A DNA stretch of 64,000 bases from an uncultured virus (IMG/VR IMGVR_UViG_3300032007_000021) (IMGVR_UViG_3300032007_000021), one strand, 5' to 3'; numbered from the stretch's first letter, positions 1 through 13,211 are shown. The notes: generated by a model not told the origin, from the sequence alone. Program-made: numbers and translations.

Positions 1-864
1 TCTCACCCTCTGCTATATATTAAATCTTTTCCATTTTTCAAATTCTGCATCACTAAACATTCCAAGTTTCAATCTTCTATAAGGTATCTATGATTCCAAA
101 GACTGATATTTTGTCCGCATCTGAAATTCATTTTCTTCATTTCCACAATGCAGAACATTATAACCCTTTTTTCTTATATTAGAACCAATAGATTTCATTA
201 AAGTGGATTTTCCCTTGCCTGACAAACCAAATATAACTGTCAACTACGCCTTAAACAGACCTCCTGTCTGTTTATCCAATGTAGGAAAACCTGTAGGAAT
301 ACCAGCATATTTCTACGGATGTTCTTTCCTGTTTATAATCTAATCAACCCAATCATCCACATCATTGTGTAATGATATTACTCTTCCTTTATGTTCTACT
401 CTATTCAAATCCAAAGAACCGCTTTTCAAAATAGAAGCGGCATCATCTATACTTCCAGACTACAATTTTTCATAAGCCCTAACGATCACATCATTTATAT
501 CTGTTGCCAAATCAACTTCATTGAACTTAGAGACTATCAAATCCAACTCCTATGTAGGAGATGAATTACAACATATTTCAAACTAAGCTTGTAAAGCCTT
601 TATTTTTATTTCATCAGACTATTTATCAAAATCCTTATCTAACTCATACTCAAATTGTTCTTTTGTCAACAAACTCTTATTTTCTTCAAAATATAATTTT
701 ATCTTATTGTAAATATAAGTCCTTTCAATATTAGTAAACCATTCTTGCTTGCAAATTCCGTACATACGTTGTAAATACATTTTATCTTTCAAAAGATATT
801 TTAATAGTTCTCTTTCCAAAGACACAGTTTTTATTTTTCTTTCTTTCCTACTCTACATTTTCAT
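1..864 (-). CDS. dnaB: Replicative DNA helicase, DnaB family (3' end outside window)
   Basis: TAG read-through gives GIPTGFPTLDKQTGGLFKA*LTVIFGLSGKGKST (Walker A); ATG at 864 with AAAGGG upstream. Confidence 0.9.
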
Positions 865-881
865 TTTCCCTTTATAAAAAA

Positions 882-911
882 TTACCTATATGAATTTCTC
901 CATATAGGTAA
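882..911 (-). terminator. Hairpin TTACCTATATG..CATATAGGTAA followed by T-run on minus strand (copy 1)
   Basis: Perfect 11-bp inverted repeat; identical copy at 24352. Confidence 0.7.
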
Positions 912-935
912 CATCAAATTTTATTTAATATATTT

Positions 936-1196
936 TTACTCTCTATTATCTTGGAAATTTTCCTAATTACAACAAAATTCATTGTGACAAACATATAAAA
1001 CTACCTGTCCATCTTCATATTCAGGCTAACCGAACAAAGCACATTCCTGTCCACAGAAACTCAACTATTCTCTTCCTGTTTTGGGGTCTTTATATTTTCG
1101 ATAAGGACAAAACAATTTCATTCTTTCCTTTTTATTTCCCCTTGAAACTTCGATTGTACCAAACTTATTTAAAACCATTTCTTTTACTTCAGTCAT
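936..1196 (-). CDS. Hypothetical Cys-rich protein
   Basis: ATG with GGAG RBS, 3 internal TAG, ends TAA. Confidence 0.7.
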
Positions 1197-1209
1197 TTTA
1201 ATTTCTCCT

Positions 1210-1503
1210 TTACTTGTTTATTCTTGTAAATTTCTATTCTCCATTCTAATCTATATATCCAAGCACAATACCTTCTGTACTTAAAAACCAACCTGTTATC
1301 TTTATACTCTATTCTTTTCTTGTATGAATGCCATGTTTACTGTATTCACAGAATATCTTATTATGATGATTAGGACATAACATTACCAAATTATTTTTCT
1401 TATTACCACCTCCCGCTTCTTTAGGCAATATATGATGTATATGTATTCTACTTCTTTCAGAAGTCTTATAATCACAAAACTAACATTTATATATTTCTTT
1501 CAA
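1210..1503 (-). CDS. HNH endonuclease-like protein
   Basis: KC*FC...IHHILPKEAGG..N...LCPNHH; TTG start; ends TAA. Confidence 0.8.
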
Positions 1504-3499
1504 TTTCTCTTTCCTTCAGTCTAACATAATCTTGCAAATCAAGTATTTCTTTATCTGTAAAACTATTATATCTATTTTTATTAACAAACATAATTAACAA
1601 CGGAAAATTCTTTTCAATATACTTCATAAAATTAGAAATCTCAACAATTTTATATCTATTCAAATCAAAATACAATTTTTCCTTTTTATTCAAACCATTT
1701 ATCATTTTTATTTTTTCACCCAAACAACCAGTCCTGAAAATCTTATATTCAGAAACAACATCTTTTTTCATTAATCCTTCGTTAAAATTAAAACCATTCT
1801 TGAAAAAATCAACAAATAAATAAGTATTATCCACAAGAATAGCATTTATCTTTTCAGTATTTATATCTTCAAAATTAATACCTTTATAAACATCTTCAAT
1901 GTTTATAAACCTGTCATCATTTTCAATATACTTCAACGTACTTTTTGACAAACCATAAATATTTTTTCCAAGATAGTTTTTCATAGCATCAAAAAAGAAA
2001 TTCGGAATTTTATCATTTCTATAAACAATATGGTTTTTATCAATACAACAATAAAAAATCTAATCTTCATCCTATAATTCACAAAGACTTACATCTTTAG
2101 TATTAATCGTGTCATTCCAATTCTTATTAACAATTTTTATTTTTTTATCTTTTTCATGTTTTTCTCTTTTTACCTTAAAAGAAAGAAAATCATCTTTCTT
2201 TTTTTCAATAAAACCCTGCTCTTTACACCACTCAAACAATTTTTTGTTTCCAGTAAGAACAATAAACGATCCTTGACTGTTTTTTACATATTGTCTAAAC
2301 ATGTCAGAACCCCTGCATTTTTCATCAAAAACAACAATATATTCGTTCGCACAAACGAAATCAAAATCAAAATTATTATCAGAAATTTCAAAAACATCAA
2401 CAGATGCACCTTTTTTTCTATATCCTTTAAAAAGAACCTGTTTGTCAGAATAAACCACAGAATAATCTTTATAAAAAAGTAAATCTTTAGGAAGACAAGA
2501 ATCTATACGCAAATAAAACATTCTTTCTCTCAAAAAACTTCTTGATGCAATAAACTTTTCTATATTTGTGGTTTTTGAAGCAACACAATTTTTATAATCT
2601 TCCTCTTCTGCTTTCAAAAAGCTTTCTACCAATTCATTTATTTTTTTTACATTTTTTTCTGTAATCTCAAGACTTTCTCGACTAACAGATATGTCAAAAT
2701 CACCTATCTCTGCTTTTAAAACCAATTTATTCCTTACCAATCTAATTTTTTCATAATCTATTTTCTTTGACAAACAAAAATCATCCCATTCATGAGTAAT
2801 TGGATAAAAAATATTTCCCATTAAAATTCCACCATCTCTACTACTTCCGCTTACCTCAACATCATGTCTCCACACTTTATTTTCCTTAAACTTCATGTTC
2901 GCTCCAGTAAAAACTGGTTTTACATCAAACCACTCAAAAAATCTCAAACACTCATGGTAAAAATTTATAATATCTTCTGTCAAAACATTAAACTCAATTA
3001 ACATTCCACTTGGCTATTTTGTATCGCAAGCATCAAAAGCATTAATTTTAGGAACACCATTATCCATATAACATATATAACTATATTTCTTTCCTTCATT
3101 AAAAGAAACCACTTTAAAATTATTTACATAAGCAAATGGACTCTTACTTCCAAGCCCCAAACAACCCACATAATCATTCGATTCAGATTTACTAGAATAT
3201 CCATAAGTTGTATAAAGCTATTCCACTTCTTTTGGAAAAAGTCCTTTTCCAAAATCTCTCACAGAAAAATATTTTTCTTTTGAACTTGGAACATGCACTT
3301 CAAAAGGAATTTCTTTTTTTCCACATTCAACATGAGCATCATAAGCATTTGTTGACAACTCTCTTATTGGAGCAAGTATTTTATTTGCATAAATCTTACT
3401 TGATAAAATTTTAAACATTTTATCATTTGCAATAATATTAAATTTCTTTTCGTTTTCATCACATTCAAAAACTTCAGTAACCTTTTCATTCAATTTCAT
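1487..3499 (-). CDS. rIIA-like protein with N-terminal GHKL/HSP90-like ATPase
   Basis: Three same-frame track ORFs joined over TAGs; IRELSTNAYDAH, VRDFGKG, GCLGLGSKSPFAY. Confidence 0.85.
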
Positions 3500-3678
3500 T
3501 TCAATTCTCCTTTCAGATTAAAACCTTTCATTTTTACATTAAATAACCAACAAGTCAATTAATTACAAATTTTATCCACAGCCTACTAATTAAACATTGG
3601 ATTATTTTCATATTCACGAATTTCCTAAATATTTTTATAAATTAGTCGCATAAATAAATTCCTTTACAATTTATAAAA

Positions 3679-4911
3679 TCAATCTTCTTCCTCCTCATCC
3701 TTAAAAATACTTGCCAACATTTTAGAAAAATCATTTGCAGACAATTTCTTTATTCTGTTCTGGGCATTCTTAAAAGACTATGGAGAAGAATAATTAGCTG
3801 GATTCATGTTTTTTATAAAATCAGCCTTTATCTGATCCTTACTCCTTCCATGATATGTACCCCAAGGAGCAACTTTATTTTTATGAAAATCAGCCATTTC
3901 ATTATAAATAGTGTTTGTCTCCTATTCATCGCTATCTTTTTCAAATCTATTTCTAATTATAGCTTGCGTTTTATCATCACTTTTAAAACGATGACTACCA
4001 GAATTATTTTTTCCATAATTATAATCATCAATAATTACATCAGGCTTTCTAGGAGCACCATATTTCCCATCTTTTGTAATCTCCACAAAATCACCAACAC
4101 TAGCCTTATAAGTTCCCCACTATGTCGAAATATCCATCTATTTATTTGTCTTAAACATCTTCACTTCTTTAGGCTTACTCATCCAAATTGTAGGATCATT
4201 TGTCGGAGTATATAATTTGCTAAAATCTTCTTGTTTTATCGGATATTTGCCACCTTTTCCATCCTATGCTATAAAATCTCCTTTCTTATATGTAGCATTA
4301 CCTTCTCTTGTCTCTATCACTCCGTCTTCTGTTGCTTGTACCGCTTTCTTTTGTATCGGTTTCTTAATGAAAATTTTAGCATTTTCTTTCCCTTCTGGAA
4401 ACATCTGTACAGAATAATTTTTTGTTGCCTTGTTTCTTACATTATCATTCTCATCATTTCCCATCTTATCCAAAGTATCAATGTCTGTACTTGTGTTTCC
4501 TGCGACAGACAATCTTACCCTATCACTATTATCTGTACTCAATTTTTGTAAAACATCTTTAGAAATACCTTGTTTTTTAGCAAGCTCATTTTTCACACCC
4601 TAATTAGAATTGTTTGACAAATAATTTGCAACAAAATCCGGAATGTCTTTGTTTTTTATCATCTTGATTTTTTTCTAATTATTCATTTTTCTTATCTTAG
4701 TGAGAATCTACTTCTTGATTTCTCCTTTATCAATAGAAGAAGGTTTTTTATCTTTATTTTCATCTCTATCTCTATCTAACTATAACTTTGTATCCTTTCG
4801 AACATTGTGTTGTTTCTTATAATTCTACATTTCTTTTTTAGTCTTGAATTTAAGACCAACTAAAGCTCGTGCAATTCTAACCAACTATTTTGCCACATAA
4901 ATTTTCTTCAC
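3679..4911 (-). CDS. Protein with N-terminal leader motif, leucine-rich-variant (LRV/HEAT-like) repeats and PGDYG-like region
   Basis: GTG start after GGAG; VAK*LVRIARALV; VRLSVAGNTST..TLDKM; ends TGA; N-terminus paralogous to 34364-35098. Confidence 0.75.
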
Positions 4912-4926
4912 TTCTTTTCTCCTTAT

Positions 4927-5547
4927 TTATTTCCTAACTGCATATATAAATTCTTTTCCATTTTCATCTTTATAAAAACCTCCAACCCTATATTCACTCA
5001 AGTCTTCACAAACATTGTTATCAAAACTCGTAAATAAACTCCTCGGTGAAATACCCATCAATGTGCCAACCTTGCTTTTCCAATCTATCTAACCACCAAC
5101 CGAACCACCAGAATTAATATACTCATTATCATATTTTTCAAAAGTATAAATCTTAAAAACTCCACTCTAATAATTAATTGTAGTCAAATCCTTTCCCATT
5201 CTTTGTAATTGATGATTCATATCAAATTCCAAAGCATAATTCTATTCTCCTTTTGTATTCTGCAAACATTCATCAGCAGTCCAAAAACCACTCTTTTCAT
5301 TGTTATTCGCATATCTGAAATCAAAATCTTTCTATAATTGCAAAGAACCATTTATCGTAAATCCTCCCGCTCCAACTTTAGAAGGATATTTACAAGCTAA
5401 ATCAACTTTCAAATAATGTCCACTTTCATCATCTTCATTCTGTATAAAATTCACAATAGTTCCAGGTAACCAGCCTTTTAACATATCTCCACTTGGCCTT
5501 ACTGGTAAGGTAGCTCCATCTCTTAATCTAAATATCGGTAAACTCAT
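4927..5547 (-). CDS. Hypothetical protein
   Basis: Track ORF extended over TAGs to TAA. Confidence 0.75.
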
Positions 5548-5741
5548 TTTTCTTTCTCCTATTTATTCAACCACTAAATTGTGTGATTCAACACATCCTC
5601 ATAAACAATCTATGCATTGTTTTTCCAATCACTCACAAAATAGCCATCAGGAGCAATCCATCCTTGATTCTAAAAATCATAAAAAATAAATTGCCTCGCC
5701 ATCATCTATATAGATGATCTGTATTTTTCAAATCTCGTCAT
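5544..5741 (-). CDS. Hypothetical protein
   Basis: GAGGGG RBS; TGA overlaps next ATG (ATGA). Confidence 0.6.
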
Positions 5742-6144
5742 CTCTTTTTCCCCTCTATGAAAAATCTATATCGGCTCCCAAATGCTTAATGACAACATTC
5801 ATATTTACCTTGTCACTAAACTATTTGTCTGTCAATATCTACTTGATTAACTATTTAGCCTATTCCCTTGTCAACTTTTCCTCATTTTTATTTTCATCAT
5901 TTTTTTCTTCTTCATATTTTTTACTCAACATCTAAAAACAAAATCTTGTAATCTATTGCAACATACCAAAAGATACTTTTTCTGTTTCAAAATCATTCTC
6001 TACCTAACTATCAAAAGCATTTAATAATAACTAAACACGAAAAATGTTGTCAGCAACAACCACTTTTAAAGAATCATTTTCCAAAGAATTGTTTGTTTCT
6101 TTTAACAATTCCAAAGCTATCTTTATTTTGTTTATTGCCGACAT
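5728..6144 (-). CDS. Hypothetical protein
   Basis: Open over TAGs, ends TGA. Confidence 0.6.
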
Positions 6145-6150
6145 GTTTTA

Positions 6151-6399
6151 TTACTTCACTTTCTTTTTACTCTTTGTCTATTTCTTTTCTCTTTTTTCTT
6201 GATTTGACATCATCTTTTCATACATATCATCCATTGTCTTCTTGAATCTCAAAAATTGTCCGGAAGTCATTGCAACTTGAAAAATATTCGACATCTAAAC
6301 AACATCATCTTCACTGTTCACATTGTAAAATTCTATCTTTATTATATCTTTTTGATTAACTATCTTTGAAACACCATCTGCAAAATATACTTCATTCAT
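6151..6399 (-). CDS. Hypothetical protein
   Basis: GGAG RBS, 2 TAG, ends TAA. Confidence 0.65.
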
Positions 6400-6402
6400 T
6401 TT

Positions 6403-6582
6403 TTATTCTCCAACTGTTATTTTCTCATAAACACTTTTACTTACAAATGTAGTCATCACCCTTCCGTCTTCCGTCTTTCCTTTTAAAGCATATCTTAACT
6501 TATTATCTCCATAACTCTATTTGGCAACAACCTCTAACTCAACCTTCTTTCTATTCTTCAAATCATAAAAATGATACTTCAT
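6403..6582 (-). CDS. Small basic beta-rich protein, possible nucleoid/DNA-binding protein
   Basis: MKYHFYDLKNRKKVEL*VVAK*SYGDNKLRYALKGKTEDGRVMTTFVSK; GGAG RBS. Confidence 0.6.
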
Positions 6583-6610
6583 AATCTTACTTCTCCTTTA
6601 CTATTAATTA

Positions 6611-7432
6611 TCAAAGTTTATTTATTAATCTGTCTATCTAATCAATCTTAATATTACCCTTTTGAGCTTCTCTTGTCGTTTGAGATAATTTGCCTATTAA
6701 ATTACTCACATAACTAACAACATTTTTATATTGCTTCGCTATCCATGTACCAATTCCAACAAACCAATCCTTAATACCAGCAATCCTTATTTCTGATTCA
6801 ACAGATGCTTTAGGCAAAGATGGCATTGGCTTATCAGGATGTTCTTCATCATATTTCTATTTTCTTTCATTATAAAAATCAGCAAAATCTTTGTCCCAAG
6901 ATTTACTCGCACCTTTTATCAAATCACTTCCAGTTTTTATGTCAACTATATTTTTCTTAAAAGACGCTTCTATCTTCTACACATATTTATAATACTCTGT
7001 TCCATTCAATGTAGAAACCAACAACGCCCAAGCCTATTTATAAGACGGTTGTTTACTCTTTTCTGCCTTGAAATCTATATCCTATACCTTTTCCTGTACT
7101 CTCTATAACATCTCATCAACATTCTCACCTAAAGACATGGCACTCGAAACCATTTCTGTAGCTTCTTTCATTAACTTTGACATCTAAACCTATTTGTCAA
7201 ACTCTTTATATTGTTCCTTCATCTTTTTTTCAAGCAACTCTTTCTGTTCTGTCAAAATATCTATCTGCTTCTGCAAATCAGCAACATCTTTACTTATATC
7301 TTTAGATAATTCTTTCCATCTCTTTGTGCCAACAGAAATTTTACTAACTATATCCTCTAATTCATTTTCCTGTAAAGCCACCAAATTCTTAGCTATCTTT
7401 ATCAATTTTCTTGCAATTATATCTTTCTACAT
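6611..7432 (-). CDS. Coiled-coil protein with N-terminal leader motif
   Basis: M*KDIIARKLIKIAKNLVA; second codon is TAG; GGAGG RBS; ends TGA. Confidence 0.75.
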
Positions 7433-7445
7433 TTTCTATTCCTCC

Positions 7446-8336
7446 TTATTTCATAAATTTATTCCACTTCTAAATAAAATCTTCTTTGTACATCAAACAT
7501 TCCTATAACATATAATCAGCTTTACTTATATCATCCAAACTACCATATATCTGCACAGGATTATAATAAGTAAAACTATTAAATCCTAAATTCTATCCCC
7601 AAAATTTACTCATACTTTCATTACTGTTTGTAATATCAGGAATAATAAAATCAGTCAACCAATCAACAGCTCCCCAATCATTTACCTACTTATATTTATA
7701 ACCTTTTTTAGATATAGAATTTCCAGCACAAATGACAAATACATCCATATCCTTAAATTCTATCCCCAATTTCTTCTTTAATCCACAAGCATGTGTTAAT
7801 ACTGGGACAACCTATCTTATACCACCATCAACAACAGCATCCTATCCGTGATTTCTAATCGGAAAATAAAACATCGCTGCACTTGTATCTAATGATATAT
7901 CTGTCAACTTTATATCATCATCTGTTCCATCTATATTATCATAGACCTTAATTTTGCCTTGCGTTAAATTATAACAAGGCACAAACATACTCGTGTTCTT
8001 ATATCTTTCCCTTGTGTCCTTTATCGTTTGATCTCCAACCAATAAATCTAAAGACTATTTCAAACCTCTATCACTATACCACGGAATATCAAGTATGTTT
8101 TTATTTCTTCTCTTAAATATCTTTGCTCCATTTTGCAAAAAACATTTTTGTATTTCTTTTGCTGTATTTCCTCCCATTAAAGCACAAGCCTAAATACCAC
8201 CTATACTACAACCACTTATACTATCTATCTTATTACATAAATCATAATCCTATCCCAAATAACTTAAAAAAGTAGCATCTATCAACCCAAAAAATCCACC
8301 ACCACCAAGAACCAATAATTTATATCTCTTACTCAT
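7446..8336 (-). CDS. Patatin-like phospholipase
   Basis: LGGGGFFG oxyanion loop, GCSIG nucleophile, TSAAMFYF, VDGG. Confidence 0.88.
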
Positions 8337-8338
8337 AA

Positions 8339-8602
8339 TCACTTACTCCACTTATTTGAACTCTATGTTCTCTATATGCACAAACTTAAAATATAAATTT
8401 CTTCATCTGTCAAAAATCCTTGTTCTTGCTTTTTTATTAAATAATTTTTTATCCTTTCAACCTTATCCACAGGATTGTTCTATATAACCACATAAACAGC
8501 ATCCACTATCCCTTGCTTCCTAATCTTCAACTATTCAGACGTGAAACTATTACACCCAACCAATAAAAAACATAACCCAAAAACTAAAATTAATCTTCTC
8601 AT
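8339..8602 (-). CDS. Putative lipoprotein
   Basis: MRRLILVFGLCFLLVG-C lipobox. Confidence 0.7.
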
Positions 8603-8660
8603 AAAAATTATCCCTATTGTTAATTATAAAATCTACATATATATAGCATATATAAAACTT

Positions 8661-9101
8661 TTATTTTCCAGATGAGCCAAAACCTCCATTCCCTCTGTCT
8701 GTCTATTCCAATGCCTGTACTATCTATATAGATACATTAGGAACTCTTGTAATCACCATTTGAGCCACTTTATCATACTTCTTGATATAATATGTATCTT
8801 CCCCCAAATTACGCAATATAACACCTATATTGCCTGTATAATTCTCATCTATAGTTCCTGGTGTATTAGTAATGGTAAGCTGTTTATTTAAAGCCAATCC
8901 GCTTCTCGGCCTTATCTGCGCTTCCCATATCCACCCCTATTCATGAGGCAATTTTATATTAATTCCCGTATCTATCAATACCTGACTGCCACCTCTTACT
9001 TCATAATCATTCATACTTCTCAAATCATATCCAACATCACTTTCATGTGCTTTTTCAGGTTTGCATCTCTCATCTCTCAAAACAATCTTCACTTTATACA
9101 T
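8661..9101 (-). CDS. dut: dUTPase (trimeric)
   Basis: DVGYDL, AQIRPRSGLA, GTIDENYTG, VAQMV, LE*TDRGNGGFGSSG. Confidence 0.95.
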
Positions 9102-9118
9102 GGTTCAACAACTCCCTT

Positions 9119-9685
9119 TTATTTTTGTACTTCTAATTTCTTCAACCAATCATATTTACCATTGTTCAATCCTAAAAACAAATCTATTATACTGGGAGCT
9201 TTAGGCTCCCTTATCAATTTCATCCCACAACTCTTCAATAACCTGTTGCCTTTTTTATTGTTACATTTCCAACAGGAAACCACCACATTCTCCCATTTCA
9301 TTTTACCCCCTTTGCTCTTCGGATATACATGATCTATCGTCAATCTCTTTCCAGTTATCCTTTCTCCACAATATTGACAAATATGACCATCTCTGTCTAT
9401 AATGCCTTGTCGAGTAACCCTCATCCCCACATTCTTTATATATACTTTCATTAAAATTACAACTGGCCTGCAAATGAAAAATGTAACTCCATATATCTTC
9501 TATACCAAATCTTTCTCTCGTTCTCTGGAATACTCTATCCATTCTTCAAAATCATATCTCTGAAAATTCTCATCCAAAAAATAAGCTTTCCCTTGATATA
9601 CTTTATCTATTCCATCAAATATACTGCAAATCCTTACCGCTTCATAATTCTTATTTAAAACCAACACCCTTTCATTCTTCTTCAT
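9119..9685 (-). CDS. HNH endonuclease
   Basis: VLVLNKNY N-terminus joined over one TAG to RDGHICQYCG..TIDHVYPKSKGG..WENVVVSCWKCNNKKG. Confidence 0.9.
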
Positions 9686-9935
9686 TCATTTTCTCCATGT
9701 TAATCATGTTCTCCACAAAAAATTCACATTCTTCATTGAAATCAAAATCTGTAATCTTTTTCTGTAAAGTACAAGTCTATGTTATATCTTCTTTCCTTAT
9801 ATACAAATTACAAGCCCCCTTAAAATTATCCGTCTTAAAACTACCATATAAACAAGGATAAATATTACCACGATCTATTCGAATTATATCATTACATTTT
9901 GAACAAATTTTACAAACTTTAAGTCTGTCTATCAT
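9672..9935 (-). CDS. Small Cys-rich paralog family member
   Basis: LKVCKICSKC...CEFFVEN. Confidence 0.65.
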
Positions 9936-9947
9936 CTTGTTTTCCTT

Positions 9948-10640
9948 TCAATTCAATAATTCTTCTCCATCACTGCACAAATCTTTTTTCACTTTCACAT
10001 ATACATCAAGTTTATTCTCTTTTATAAACGACAACAAATATTCTTTATTTAAAAAATTCTTATATACTTCTTTCAATTCTCCATACAACAATCCAATCAA
10101 ATATCCAAAATCTTTACCAACAATTTTATTAATCTTCTATATATCATCCTTACAAGTAATTTTATATTCCACTTCCTCATTTATTGTTTCAAACTTCACC
10201 CAATTTTTTCTTATCGGAGAAACAAAATTGTTCAACATTCCATAACGCAATTCTCCAAATCTATTTTCCCAACTCCATTTACCGTTTATCCAAGTTCCTC
10301 CACAAGACAAAACAAATATATTCCTTTCTCTGATACTTCCAAATTTTTCACATAATCTTTGAATAAAAATACTGTTATTCTTGCCATAAATTCCACAAAA
10401 CCTGATCTTCAAACAATCCTTTTCTACTATCAAAAAACAATAAGTATATCTCTTTTTAATCGCTGAACCATAAACTTTTTTTATCTCATCTCCAAAATCA
10501 TAAGGCTTAACTTGATTGTCCGTTAAAAACCCATTATATCTATCCACATGATAAAAATTGTCATACTTACCATCAATATAACCAAATGACAACTCACGAC
10601 CATTCACAAAAATTACCTTGTCACCAACTTCCATTACCAT
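9948..10640 (-). CDS. Hypothetical protein
   Basis: Track ORF extended over one TAG to TGA. Confidence 0.7.
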
Positions 10641-10685
10641 TCTCCTTTCTTATGTTTTTTATTTACTTATATATATAACAACATA

Positions 10686-10718
10686 AAAAAAGAGTGGAAT
10701 TTTTTATCTTCCACTCTT
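10686..10718 (-). terminator. Rho-independent terminator
   Basis: AAGAGTGGAA/TTCCACTCTT stem plus T-run on minus strand. Confidence 0.65.
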
Positions 10719-10746
10719 AACAAACATACAGGTCAATCTTATCTTA

Positions 10747-11193
10747 TTATTCTATCTCTATCAAATCTTCAGTATCTTCTTTGTTCTAAAACGGTATGTC
10801 AATTTTCAACAAACCATTCTCAAACTTAATCTTGATTCCTGAACGATCTATATTACTTGGAAGTTTATAACTGTTCTCAAAGGAACGATACGAAATACCA
10901 CTCTTCACAACAGTCTCATTTTCTTTATCCTGCTTTTCCTGTTTCTCACAGCGAACTACAAGATAATTCTCCTTTGATAAAGTTACTTTTATCTCTTCTT
11001 TCGTAAATCCTGCCAACGCATATTCAAGCCTATATCCAATAATATTCTCTCCTTCTTTCATTTGTACAATATTCATCGGATATGTCGTTTTCATTCCAAC
11101 CATATCATTGTGGAATACTTCACTGATTATTTCATCAAATAAATCTCCACAAATCGGATATGATCCAAAATTCTTCCTAATCAAATTATTCAT
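10747..11193 (-). CDS. Hsp20/alpha-crystallin small heat shock protein
   Basis: YPMNI, ALAGFTKEEIKV, GISYRSF, FENGLLKIDIP; extends over one TAG. Confidence 0.88.
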
Positions 11194-11314
11194 GTTTATC
11201 TTTCCTTCCTGAAAAACCCTCATCAGCATTTTCTTTTTTGTTTTGAACTCTTTTTCACAAGACATTCCAGCAACCTGTATGTTTATTTTTTATTTTACTC
11301 AATCAAAACTATTT

Positions 11315-11782
11315 TTATTTGTTAAAAAATACCTTTTCTCCTTCAAGTTTTATATTTCCTGCAAAACAATCTTTCAAATCTATTTCTTCAAACAATCTCA
11401 CACCAAAATATCGCTTCTCTTTATCCACACATTCTTTCGCATATCTTCCATCTGCATTTTCATGTTGATTAAATCCTTTATATATTTCCAATTTGTTTGT
11501 ATCTAAATTAATTATATAAGCATATTCACAAAATAAACTGTCTTTCAAAAATTCATGACAATCTTCAAATTCTTGATTAATCTCACCTTCATCCCAATTC
11601 CACACATCTCCCTTCCCAACAAATTCTATTTTTTCATAAATATCTATCAGTTTCTTTATATTCTTCCCTTCCAAAAAACACAACAGCTCATTGCCTAATC
11701 CTTCAAAATAACTGTCACAATGATTATAACCAACCTTATCAATTCCATTCATCCTGACACCCAAAGCTCCTCTTGTACTCAT
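11315..11782 (-). CDS. Conserved phage hypothetical protein (no TAG)
   Basis: MSTRG..YNHCDSY..GLG..DSLFCEYAYIINLD; intact in standard code. Confidence 0.8.
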   Translation of the reverse strand: MSTRGALGVRMNGIDKVGYNHCDSYFEGLGNELLCFLEGKNIKKLIDIYEKIEFVGKGDVWNWDEGEINQEFEDCHEFLKDSLFCEYAYIINLDTNKLEIYKGFNQHENADGRYAKECVDKEKRYFGVRLFEEIDLKDCFAGNIKLEGEKVFFNK

Positions 11783-11801
11783 CTCTTATTTCTCCTTTCT
11801 A

Positions 11802-12128
11802 TTAAATATAATATTTACCATTATCATAATCTACTTCACCAAACACTCGTTCATCCTCTTTCCAAGAAAATTTCCATTCCAAAAAATTACCATCTTTATC
11901 CAACACCATTACATTTGTAAAATACATCGGCCCACTACTCCATGGAGCAACTTGTATGTGTTCCCTATATATCTTCCCTTCTACCTAAACTTCTCTTCCA
12001 TATATCTCTTCAGGAAAATTAAAAGCATAAAAACCAATAGGCTCTTTCGTCCTATGCACTCCTTTCTGTTTGGAAAACCATTCTTCACCTTCTCTCGTCA
12101 ATCCTATCCATTGGTCACTCCTACTCAT
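11802..12128 (-). CDS. Hypothetical protein
   Basis: MSRSDQWIGL...QVAPWSSGPMYFT; one TAG. Confidence 0.7.
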
Positions 12129-12131
12129 CTT

Positions 12132-12452
12132 TCATTTCCTTTCATATTTATTCAATTCATTAAAAAAATTGGTCAACGTTTCTTCTCTCAATCTCCTGCA
12201 CACTTCTCTATAAGCCTCTTCTTTGGTCTTAAATATATCTTTTTCTTCTATAATTGATGTGCCTATCAAATAATTCTGTATATCTCCATTCCTCATAAAA
12301 ATATCTTTTATATACGACATATATACCGTTCTTGACAAGAAATTTTCTATTCGAAAATCAAAATCACTTAATTCAGCAAACGAAGTCTTTCTATCATATA
12401 AATTAGTAAAAATTATATAATAAACTTTTTCGTCTCTTTTAAATTTAGTCAT
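12132..12452 (-). CDS. Hypothetical protein (no TAG)
   Basis: Track ORF with GGAG RBS. Confidence 0.7.
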   Translation of the reverse strand: MTKFKRDEKVYYIIFTNLYDRKTSFAELSDFDFRIENFLSRTVYMSYIKDIFMRNGDIQNYLIGTSIIEEKDIFKTKEEAYREVCRRLREETLTNFFNELNKYERK

Positions 12453-12465
12453 AACATGTCTCCTT

Positions 12466-12951
12466 TCATTTTAACCATTCAGGCTCTTCTCTTACATAAT
12501 ATTCAAATTTACTCAAAACTTTTTTCTTATATCTATAATATCTCCTATATGATTCAACTATCTCATCTATATCATTACCTCCTGTTTTATATTCTTCCAA
12601 CATACATTTCGGAAAACTTGTCTCTTTAAAATTTATCACCGTTTCTTCTTCTGTTTTCCAATATTTATTGTAAAGTCCTTCACATTTATGCACCTTTCCA
12701 TATCTTAATCTGTATTCTTTCAATAGCCACTTCAAATGTATCTTCAACCATTCATAATTATTCCTGTTCTCCAAACATCTTACACACGGATGATTCTTGT
12801 ATGTTATCTTATATCTTTCACCTCCTAATCCATTCATCCTGTCTGTTGTACTCAATAGTTGAACACTCTCCAATATCATCTTCACTATATGCTTATTACA
12901 CATATATTCAGCACTCTTCTTAGGGTCTTTATCCAATACAAATATATTCAC
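12466..12951 (-). CDS. Pyrimidine-dimer DNA glycosylase-like protein
   Basis: MNIFVLD..P..SA....KHIVKMILESVQLLST, NHPC, YGKVHKC, SYRRYY. Confidence 0.8.
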   Translation of the reverse strand: MNIFVLDKDPKKSAEYMCNKHIVKMILESVQLLSTTDRMNGLGGERYKITYKNHPCVRCLENRNNYEWLKIHLKWLLKEYRLRYGKVHKCEGLYNKYWKTEEETVINFKETSFPKCMLEEYKTGGNDIDEIVESYRRYYRYKKKVLSKFEYYVREEPEWLK

Positions 12952-13082
12952 TATCCTAAATCCTATTTCTTCTTCCTATTATATATCTTCTTACTCGGTA
13001 TCACTTTCTATACAGGTTTGCAATTTCCCCAATCCCTCCTCACCTGTTCATCAATACGTTTCTTCCTCTTTTTCTTCTTCAT
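12948..13082 (-). CDS. Small basic protein
   Basis: VRRDWGNCKPV*KVIPSKKIYNRK; GTGA overlap with next gene. Confidence 0.6.
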
Positions 13083-13211
13083 TTCTTTCTCTCCTTGAAA
13101 AAACAAACAAAAGGTACAAACTAACTCATAATCATAACCACAAACTAAAAATCAAACATCACTTCTACAATCTTGTCCATCTCTTAATTCTCCTTGATTA
13201 AGTTTTTTTCT

